A stretch of DNA of 32,000 nucleotides, taken from contig CAZKBG010000001.1 of NCBI GenBank assembly GCA_964551375.1, positions 837,329 through 869,328 of the forward strand. The letters run 5' to 3'. The notes below the pieces were generated by a model. It did not search any database and was not told the DNA's origin. It was given only the letters and a program-made list of their open reading frames with translations. This document shows, piece after piece, positions 8,449-15,627 of the stretch; the stretch's first letter is position 1, and the number at the start of each line of letters is the position of its first letter. A program made the translations under genes and the position numbers. This DNA is from an uncultured archaeon (lineage in GTDB: Archaea; Iainarchaeota; Iainarchaeia; Iainarchaeales; JAAZKV01).

Positions 8449-8526
8449 AAACTCCTATTGTTTATGATTAATACGCGGTTAAATACTTTTAAAAACCTTA
8501 AACAGCAGGCTAATTGTGAAGGTGGC

Positions 8527-9561
8527 ATGATGGCAGAGAAGAAAAAAAGAATGATAAGCGTAACTTTTACAGGAAAAGAACTCCTAAGCAACGGAGTATT
8601 TGACACTAACGATGAAAAAGTGGCAAAACAATACAACGTTCACGAACAGGGAAAAACATACAAACCGCTTACAATCTTAACAGGCGAAAACGAATTACTG
8701 CCGCTTGTAGAAAAAGAACTTGAAACAATGACTGAAGGCGAAGAAAGAATAGTAAAAATGATAGCAAAAGACGCATTCGGAGAAAGAAGAAACGAACTAC
8801 TAAGAGTAGTGCCACTGCAAAACTTCCACGAACAAAAAATCAATCCCTTCCCGGGGCTTGTTGTAAGAATCGGAAACGCAATGGGAAGAGTGCAAAGCGT
8901 AGGAAGCGGAAGAGTAAGAATAGATTTTAACCATCCACTAGCTGGAAGAGATGTTGAATACAGCATAAGACTTGAAAAAGAATTCAAGGACAAGAAAGAA
9001 ATTGCTGAACAAATGTACGAAAAGTATTATTCAAGAATTCCAGGAACAAAAAAAGAATTCAACGAAGACACACTAACTATTACACTTGAAGGAAACGCAT
9101 TCAAGAACTTAACAAAAGTAAACGAAGCAATCACAGACATTGCAAAACAATTCAACTTAAAATTGGATTTTAAAGAAAGTGAAGCATTGCCTGAATTAGT
9201 TCATGAACACACCCATACGGGTGCAGGCGACCACCAAGGACATTCGCACAGCCACGAAGGACATGTTCACGGACCTGAATGCAACCATGACCACGACAAT
9301 CACGAACACGCACATTCTCACAGCCATTCGGCTGCAGGCGAAGAAGAGGAAGAGCACGTTCATGGGCCTAATTGCAATCACACCCATGCGGGTGCAGGCA
9401 ACCATTCGGAAGAGGAAGAAGCTGAAGAAGAACAGGAGAAGCCAGTAAATATTCACAAACTTGCTGATACACTTAGCAAAAATAAGAAGTCAAATGTTCA
9501 ATTTGATACAACAAAAGACACAGCTTCAACAATACAAAGACCAAAGAAGAAAAACTACTAA
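8527..9561 (+). CDS. slyD: SlyD-type FKBP peptidyl-prolyl isomerase with His/Cys/acidic metal-binding tail
   Basis: SlyD/archaeal FKBP motifs: VFDTNDEKVAKQ, PLTILTGENELLPLVEKELETMTEGEE, DAFGERRNELL and the hallmark RIDFNHPLAGRDVEY. A His-rich tail follows (nt 9202-9441). Track start 8458 is TTG, 10 nt from the divergent gene. ATG-ATG at 8527/8530 preceded by AGGTGG is more plausible. Confidence 0.8.
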   Translation: MMAEKKKRMISVTFTGKELLSNGVFDTNDEKVAKQYNVHEQGKTYKPLTILTGENELLPLVEKELETMTEGEERIVKMIAKDAFGERRNELLRVVPLQNFHEQKINPFPGLVVRIGNAMGRVQSVGSGRVRIDFNHPLAGRDVEYSIRLEKEFKDKKEIAEQMYEKYYSRIPGTKKEFNEDTLTITLEGNAFKNLTKVNEAITDIAKQFNLKLDFKESEALPELVHEHTHTGAGDHQGHSHSHEGHVHGPECNHDHDNHEHAHSHSHSAAGEEEEEHVHGPNCNHTHAGAGNHSEEEEAEEEQEKPVNIHKLADTLSKNKKSNVQFDTTKDTASTIQRPKKKNY

Positions 9562-9603
9562 TTAGAAAAAGTTGGGGCAATTTTGCCCTAATTTAATTTT
9601 TTT

Positions 9604-9849
9604 TTATTCAGGCATCTTTTTGCCGCGAAGCTTTCTTGATTTCCAAACTAACTCATAAGCTTTTGACTTTTTAGCGTTTGCGGAGTTAAGATACTTTAAA
9701 CCAGTTGGCGACATCATTCTTGACGGACCTTCTCCAAGCTGCATCATATATGCATTTGCCTGCGCATTTTCCTTTCTTGCAGAACGAAGAAGCCTTTTTG
9801 CTCTAAGAAGAGCAACTTTAGCTCTTGTGCGCTTAAACATGAAATACAA
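9604..9849 (-). CDS. Small highly basic hypothetical protein
   Basis: 81-aa ORF (TTG start at 9849; first ATG at 9840 gives MFKRTRAKVALLRAKRLL...). Lys/Arg-rich, no recognised family. Confidence 0.4.
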   Translation of the reverse strand: MYFMFKRTRAKVALLRAKRLLRSARKENAQANAYMMQLGEGPSRMMSPTGLKYLNSANAKKSKAYELVWKSRKLRGKKMPE

Positions 9850-9946
9850 TCAGCCGAGCTGGTTAATTAGAGTATCTGTTTAGACTGATAAGAGAGGGCT
9901 AAAAGCAAATTCAAAAGCATTAAAAGACAAAAAGAGCACTAATTTT

Positions 9947-10696
9947 ATGCTGAGCAAAATGAAATATACTAAACTATTTTTAGTAATACTTGCAGTATTT
10001 TTAGTTTCAACACTTGCTTTTTCTGCTATTCCCCAGCCAACAAAAGAATTCTTTGTAAATGATTACGCGGATGTACTAAGCCCTTCCCAAGAAAGCGAAT
10101 TACTTAGTTTATTCCAAGGCTCTGAAAAAGACACTACTACAGAAATTGTATTTGTTTCAATAAACGATTTAGAAGGAATGACGCCAATAGAATACGCAAC
10201 TAAACTCGGGCAGGAATGGAAAGTAGGAAAAGCGGACAAAGATAATGGAATGGTATTACTTTACGCAGCCGGCGTAAGAAAATTTGGTGCAGCAACAGGG
10301 TATGGAATGGAAGGAATCTTTCCTGACTCAAAAATAGGGCGAATGCTTGACGTTTATTATGTTCCACAAAGAGATTCTGGAAATGTTTCTCAAGGAATAA
10401 TGGATTTTTCAGTCGCTATTGTAAATGAAGCAAAAAATAACAAAGAAGAGCTTATTTCAGGACAATGGCACAAATACGCTACTTGGACTGGACTTGAACC
10501 AGAACTTGAAATTATTGTAATAATAATAGGAATATTTGCTTTAGTAATTATAATTAACATCGCACTCGGCGGAAAACTTGGCGGAAGCGGAGGAGGATTC
10601 TCTGGCGGATGGAGCTCTGGCGGAGGCAGTTTTGGCGGTGGAGGAGGATTCTCTGGTGGCGGAGGCTCATTTGGAGGCGGAGGAGGGTTTAGGTAA
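9947..10696 (+). CDS. TPM-domain (TLP18.3/Psb32/MOLO-1 family) membrane protein with Gly-rich tail
   Basis: Signal/TM, then VNDYADVLSPSQESEL, TTEIVFVSINDLEG, EWKVGKADKDNGMVLLYA, TGYGMEGIFPDS. A C-terminal TM and a GGGSFGGGGGFSGGGG tail follow, as in YgcG-like TPM proteins. Confidence 0.8.
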   Translation: MLSKMKYTKLFLVILAVFLVSTLAFSAIPQPTKEFFVNDYADVLSPSQESELLSLFQGSEKDTTTEIVFVSINDLEGMTPIEYATKLGQEWKVGKADKDNGMVLLYAAGVRKFGAATGYGMEGIFPDSKIGRMLDVYYVPQRDSGNVSQGIMDFSVAIVNEAKNNKEELISGQWHKYATWTGLEPELEIIVIIIGIFALVIIINIALGGKLGGSGGGFSGGWSSGGGSFGGGGGFSGGGGSFGGGGGFR

Positions 10697-10810
10697 CGCT
10701 CTTCGATAGGTTTAAATCAAAATTGAAATAAAAAGTTAATGAAAATTTATTAAATTAATGAAGTTTTATTTAGTTTACTAGAGTTTAAGTTAGAAATTAC
10801 TTTTATTGGA

Positions 10811-11410
10811 GTGGTAAAGATGAACATGAAATACTTAGGACTGGGAATTGTCGGAATAATAGTCTTAATCGCAATCATCTTGGGAGTAATATACATGGTA
10901 TCATACAACACCATGGTAGGACTTGATCAGGATGTTAACGCAAAATGGAGCGAAGTAGAAAATCAGTACCAAAGACAGGCTGATTTAATACCAAACTTTG
11001 TTGATACTGTAAAAAGTCAGGTAAGCGTTGAAACAAAATTTGTTAAAGACGTAATTGCGGCAAGAACTGCTTGGCAGGGAGCTGGAACTTCACAACTAGC
11101 AAAAGACACTGCAGGACAGCAAATGAACAGCGGAATAAACGCATTTGTTAATGCAGTTGCTGAAAGTTATCCTAACTTAGCTGCAAGCGAAGCTTATACA
11201 GCTTTACGAGATGAACTTGCTGGAACTCAAAACAGAATCACAACATCAAGAGGAAGATACATTGAGTCAATCCAAAGCTATAACACTACAATTAGAAGCA
11301 TACCATACAATTTCTTTAGTGGAATGTTTGGATTTAGTGTAAAAGAATATTATACTGCAAATCCATCCTCAATGGAAACACCTGACTTAAACGGAATGTT
11401 ACCGCAATAA
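10811..11410 (+). CDS. lemA: LemA family protein
   Basis: N-terminal TM, then YNTMVGLDQDVNAKWSEVENQYQRQADLIPNFVDTVK, AESYPNLAASEAY, RGRYIESIQSYNTTIRSIPYNFFSGMFGF (LemA signature pattern). Track start is GTG 10811. ATG 10820 has GGAG 8 nt upstream. Confidence 0.85.
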   Translation: MVKMNMKYLGLGIVGIIVLIAIILGVIYMVSYNTMVGLDQDVNAKWSEVENQYQRQADLIPNFVDTVKSQVSVETKFVKDVIAARTAWQGAGTSQLAKDTAGQQMNSGINAFVNAVAESYPNLAASEAYTALRDELAGTQNRITTSRGRYIESIQSYNTTIRSIPYNFFSGMFGFSVKEYYTANPSSMETPDLNGMLPQ

Positions 11411-11490
11411 GTAGGACAAGAATTTTATTAAGCGAGAATTACAAAAAGGTAATTCTCCTTAACTATTTTTTAAGTTTTTTTGGATTTTAG

Positions 11491-11850
11491 TTAAAGCTTT
11501 CCATGCGTTCTTCTGGGAATACTTCTTCCAAAAGGCTTTGTAAAAGAAGAGCCGCCAGGATGGTGATTAATATCATACCTAGAAACCCTTGGCTTTTTTG
11601 GAAGCACTACTCCCCTTTGCATGGATTTAATTTTAATCTGACTATTTGGAAACCTTGCTGAAATAATTCCCCTAATTAACTTAGAAACAACCTCTCCGGA
11701 AACATTTGGCTTAATTTTCCTTGCTAATGCAATCATTTGCGCAGGATCAATCCTAACAGTTCCTGATTTAGCCGCTGAAACTACTAAAGGCGTAATTTGC
11801 TTTAAAATTGCCCTGCTTTGTTCATCAGTAATTCTATTCTCATGAGCCAT
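11491..11850 (-). CDS. Hypothetical protein
   Basis: 119-aa ORF, basic C-terminus, no recognised motif. Confidence 0.45.
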   Translation of the reverse strand: MAHENRITDEQSRAILKQITPLVVSAAKSGTVRIDPAQMIALARKIKPNVSGEVVSKLIRGIISARFPNSQIKIKSMQRGVVLPKKPRVSRYDINHHPGGSSFTKPFGRSIPRRTHGKL

Positions 11851-11907
11851 ACTATACTTTGGTTGTGGTGGTATTTAACCCTTTTTCACCAAGATTTATA
11901 AACACGC

Positions 11908-12759
11908 ATGAATTATAATTCATGTATGGTTGAAATATCAGGATTCATAATAACATTTAGAGAAACGCTAGAGGTAATACTAATCCTAGGCGCAATAGTA
12001 GCATACTTAGCAGCTACAAAACAACAAAAAAACTTAAAACAAGTATATTCAGGAGCCCTAGCTGGAATGGCACTAAGCGTAATATTTGCATTTGGATTCA
12101 TTGCACTAATTGGAAAATTTGAAGGAGTGGCAGAAGAACTCTTTGAAGGAACTTTGTTATTAGTTGGAGCACTAATTGTTACATTACTAGTAATTTGGCT
12201 AACAAAAACCGCTCACGGTGTAAAAGGAATAAAAGAAAACGTTCTTGACAAACTCAACGTAATGGAAGCAGGAAGCGTATTCTTGATTTCAATGATTGTA
12301 GTACTACGCGAAGGCGTAGAAGCAGTACTATTCCTAGGCGCACTAAGCATAGAAGACTCCGCACTCGCAATAGGCGCAATAATTGGAATAATAATAGGAA
12401 TAGCAATAGGATACTTAATTTACAAAAACCTAATCAAAATTGACTTAATCAAAATGATGGCAGGAATTAGCGTACTATTAGTGCTCTTTGGAGCAGGAAT
12501 GGTTGGACAAGGACTCCATGAACTCCAAGAAGCAAAAGTACTTCCCTTCATGGAAGACAAAATCTATGACATTGGTGGAACACAAAACCCAGACGGAAGC
12601 TACTCACTCCTACACGAAAAAGGATTTATCGGCGGAGTACTAAAAGGAGTATTAGGATATGACTCAAATCCCTCACAACTACAAGTGCTTGGATATATTT
12701 TGTATTTAGTGGTGATGGGGGCGTTATTAATTCCCTTGAAAAAAAAAGGCAGTGTTTAA
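11908..12759 (+). CDS. FTR1/EfeU-family high-affinity iron permease
   Basis: Two REXXE motifs within hydrophobic segments (FRETLEVIL and LREGVEAVL) and multiple TM segments. Its stop codon overlaps the stop of the convergent gene 12756-14105. Confidence 0.8.
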   Translation: MNYNSCMVEISGFIITFRETLEVILILGAIVAYLAATKQQKNLKQVYSGALAGMALSVIFAFGFIALIGKFEGVAEELFEGTLLLVGALIVTLLVIWLTKTAHGVKGIKENVLDKLNVMEAGSVFLISMIVVLREGVEAVLFLGALSIEDSALAIGAIIGIIIGIAIGYLIYKNLIKIDLIKMMAGISVLLVLFGAGMVGQGLHELQEAKVLPFMEDKIYDIGGTQNPDGSYSLLHEKGFIGGVLKGVLGYDSNPSQLQVLGYILYLVVMGALLIPLKKKGSV

Positions 12760-14105
12760 GCTAAATGTAAGCGTCCTTTGTTTTCATACACTTTTCCTAA
12801 GTTTAAAAGCTCATTAAGGGCTTGATCAAAAAGCTTTTTTGAAAAATCTAATTTTAATTTTTCCCATAGTTCTTCTTGTGTTTTTGAGGACAAAGATAAT
12901 TCAATATGTATTCGTTCGTGTATTCCTTCTGCCTTTTTGTAATTTAAATCGGGTTTAAATTCTTGCTCAAGTTCAATTGACTTTTGTAACAAAGATTCAC
13001 TTACTTCGGGGATTAGCAACACATTGAGTAAACCGGTGCGCATAATTTTTTCCCCCTGTTTGATTGTGCTTGTTGTTAAGTTAGGCTCCCTGTTTATTTT
13101 TGCAATTGATGTAGCAATTGCTTCAATTTTATTGTTGGCAATTATATCACTTAATGGTGAATAGCTTACGCTTGTTTCTTTGTTTATTATCTTTGCAAGA
13201 CGTTGTGTTGCAGCATTTATTTCTTCTCGTACTTCATTGGTAAAAGTTGGATTAGGTAATTTATTTGCATAAAATATTGAATATCTAATATCTTCTACGT
13301 CTTTTTGGTCGTATTTTGGAGAGCATAATCCTTCTTCATCAACATTATTTATCAGTTCTGCTTTTTTAGTTGTGAGCTTATTTACTATGCGGTTTGTGTC
13401 ATTTTGGGGGGCTCCAAGCAGATAGTCTATTTCTTTGTAGTTTGGTAGATTTCTTTTAATTAATTGTTCTTGATCTGGGGCAAGAAATGCTGCTTCACTA
13501 TATCTATTTTGAAAAAAGTAATGATCAGAATTATTGGGGTCAATTTTGTTGTATGCTTTCATTAAGTCCAAATATTCTATTTTTTGATAGTGATTTGGGA
13601 TATTTGCAAATAATCCTATGCCCCCAGTTGGACTGAAATTATTTCCTATTAATGATAGCAAGAAAGAGTTAGTTGATTCAGCGTTTATGGACGCGCTGAA
13701 ATAGTTTTGATAATCATTTAAGTTGTTTATTGGGGGTGTGTCAAGCTCTTTTATCCAGTCGAATTCACTTTCTTGTATGGTGTATACTTCAAAAAACTTG
13801 TTTTCTAATTTTGGAAATTTTAATGTTTTGCGATTATATATGTTGTATCTTTTTCCAGTTATTTTTACATTCTTCCCAATTAGATTTTTGTACGATTTAT
13901 TTTCTGGAAAATCAAGATTTATTTTTTGGGGATTTTCAAATTCCATTGTTAAAATGGGTCTGCGAGTCTGTGTTTCAATGCTTAATATTCCTTCAAGTTC
14001 TATTATGCTGTCTGGTTTTGCTGAATTAAATCGTTCTTGTAGCCGTTTTGTTCTTGCTTTGTACTGTGGTAAAGAATAATGTTGTAGTCCTGTGTAAATC
14101 CCCAT
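12756..14105 (-). CDS. MCM-like protein lacking Walker A/B (putative inactivated helicase homologue) with C-terminal winged helix
   Basis: 449-aa ORF with an SD-like AGGAAGTG upstream. By memory alignment, segments DVEDIRYSIFYANKLPNPTFTNEV and IEAIATSIAKINREPNLTTSTIKQGEKIMR match the MCM lid region. The terminal LNELLNLGKVYENKGRLHLA looks wH-like. GLFANIPNHYQK sits where MCM has GDPGTAKS. Not verified by search. Confidence 0.55.
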   Translation of the reverse strand: MGIYTGLQHYSLPQYKARTKRLQERFNSAKPDSIIELEGILSIETQTRRPILTMEFENPQKINLDFPENKSYKNLIGKNVKITGKRYNIYNRKTLKFPKLENKFFEVYTIQESEFDWIKELDTPPINNLNDYQNYFSASINAESTNSFLLSLIGNNFSPTGGIGLFANIPNHYQKIEYLDLMKAYNKIDPNNSDHYFFQNRYSEAAFLAPDQEQLIKRNLPNYKEIDYLLGAPQNDTNRIVNKLTTKKAELINNVDEEGLCSPKYDQKDVEDIRYSIFYANKLPNPTFTNEVREEINAATQRLAKIINKETSVSYSPLSDIIANNKIEAIATSIAKINREPNLTTSTIKQGEKIMRTGLLNVLLIPEVSESLLQKSIELEQEFKPDLNYKKAEGIHERIHIELSLSSKTQEELWEKLKLDFSKKLFDQALNELLNLGKVYENKGRLHLA

Positions 14106-14378
14106 TTTAACACTTCCTTGATTTATTCAGTCTGATTGCTTATTTTCTGAATAAGGCAAATTAGAGAAAGTGTTGGGTTGCCAGAACCACGGATTGGTTG
14201 TAGCATTTCTCTAGTTAATTCTAAGGGCTTTGAAAGATTAATACTTTTTGAGTTTGAAAAGTAAACGCTTGGGGGTTGTGGGCAAAATAAAATCCAAACC
14301 CCTGTTTTTTTGGTTTATTGGCAAAGAACCAAAGCAAGATTTATATCTATCCAAACGCATTAATCTATTGTGTAATAA

Positions 14379-15038
14379 ATGCCCTACAAACTCTCACCCT
14401 CAGCAATTAACTTATTTTTAGAATGTCCTCGCTGCTTTTGGCTAGATAAACACGACAAGTGGAAACGCCCTGCAGGAATATTCCCTTCTTTGCCTTCCGG
14501 AATGGATAGAATACTAAAAGAACACTTTGACAAGTTCAGAGACGCGGGCAAACTTCCTCCAGAAATTTGCGAAAACTCTCACTGCAAACACCTAAAAATC
14601 TTTGGCGAAACAAAAGAAGAAAAAGAACTAATCACTGTATGGAGAAACAACTTCAAAGGAATAAGATACACAGACTCAGAAGGAAATGTTCTATTTGGAG
14701 CAGTAGATAATATTTTGAAAGATAAAGAAACACTTATTGTTCTTGACTACAAAACCCGCGGATTCCCTGTAAAAGAAGACACTCACACACACTACCAAAA
14801 CCAAATGGACACATACAACTTCCTGCTCCGCAAAAACGGATATGAAACAGAAGACTACACTTTTCTATTATTTTACATTCCTTCAAAAGTGCTAGAAACT
14901 GGGGAAGTGGTATTTGACACAACATTAGTAAAGATTAAAACAAACCCAAAAAGCGCAGAAAAAGTGTTCAAAAATGCTTTGAAGTGCCTTGAAGGTAACG
15001 AGCCGGAAGAGAAGTGCGAGTGGTGTGGGAAAGCCTAA
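14379..15038 (+). CDS. Cas4/RecB-like PD-(D/E)XK nuclease with Cys cluster (stand-alone)
   Basis: 219-aa ORF. N-terminal CPRCFW, GAVDNIL, LIVLDYKTRG (D-x-K core), QMDTYNFLL (QxxxY), C-terminal CLEGNEPEEKCEWCG. This is the Cas4/AddB-type Fe-S nuclease layout. Confidence 0.75.
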   Translation: MPYKLSPSAINLFLECPRCFWLDKHDKWKRPAGIFPSLPSGMDRILKEHFDKFRDAGKLPPEICENSHCKHLKIFGETKEEKELITVWRNNFKGIRYTDSEGNVLFGAVDNILKDKETLIVLDYKTRGFPVKEDTHTHYQNQMDTYNFLLRKNGYETEDYTFLLFYIPSKVLETGEVVFDTTLVKIKTNPKSAEKVFKNALKCLEGNEPEEKCEWCGKA

Positions 15039-15051
15039 TTTTTTGTTAGCT

Positions 15052-15537
15052 TTATCGTTTGATAGCATTTTCGATTTTTTCGGCTTTTTTTCTAAATACG
15101 GTGGCTTCTTTTCTTAATTCTCTTGTTAATTCGTAATCTTTCGGTATTGTTCCCCTAACTTTATTTCCTTTTGGTTTTGAAATATGCAGAATTAATGTTT
15201 CAAGATCTTTTAAATACCTAACTTTTTTGAATCTGAAAACACTAAAATTGTTCCATTTTCCAGCATGGTGATCTCTCTTAAAATGCCCCCATAATCTCCA
15301 AAAACTTGATTTGGCAAGTCCAACATAATACAGTTTATCATCACGATATAATGCATATATTCCAGCCCAACCCCGCATCATTTTTCTAAGTCGTTTTCTA
15401 AATGCAGCATCTTCAATAGTTCCTGCTGGAATTCTTTCTAATGAGCCTTTTATTAAAAGTCCTCTATTACCTTTTCTTTTTGGCATAGTGTATTTGTCTA
15501 ACTTAGGTTTTTTCAATCCATCGGTTTTAATGTACAA
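15052..15537 (-). CDS. GIY-YIG domain nuclease-like protein
   Basis: 161-aa ORF. WAGIYALYRDDKLYYVGLAKSSFWRLWGH gives GIY...YVG plus a conserved Arg, followed by LETLILHISKP (conserved Glu). Basic N-terminus. Track start is TTG 15537; first ATG is at 15486. Confidence 0.65.
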   Translation of the reverse strand: MYIKTDGLKKPKLDKYTMPKRKGNRGLLIKGSLERIPAGTIEDAAFRKRLRKMMRGWAGIYALYRDDKLYYVGLAKSSFWRLWGHFKRDHHAGKWNNFSVFRFKKVRYLKDLETLILHISKPKGNKVRGTIPKDYELTRELRKEATVFRKKAEKIENAIKR

Positions 15538-15627
15538 TTGGATGTGGAGTTTATCAAGTTTGATTTAATGAGACAATCTTGGAAAAGTCTCTTACAATTA
15601 ATAAAAAGTTTTTAGATATTCTAAATG

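Noticed and set aside
9196-9456. ORFs in alternative frames or strands across the His-rich region (9196-9456 -, 9203-9448 +)
   Set aside because: They are by-products of the CAY/GAR-rich repetitive coding sequence of the FKBP tail. The FKBP frame is continuous with a well-supported domain.
10575-10695. Tandem GGN-rich DNA repeat
   Set aside because: It is in frame and encodes the GGGSFGGGGGFSGGGG tail that is typical of YgcG-like TPM proteins. It is not a CRISPR, satellite or regulatory repeat.
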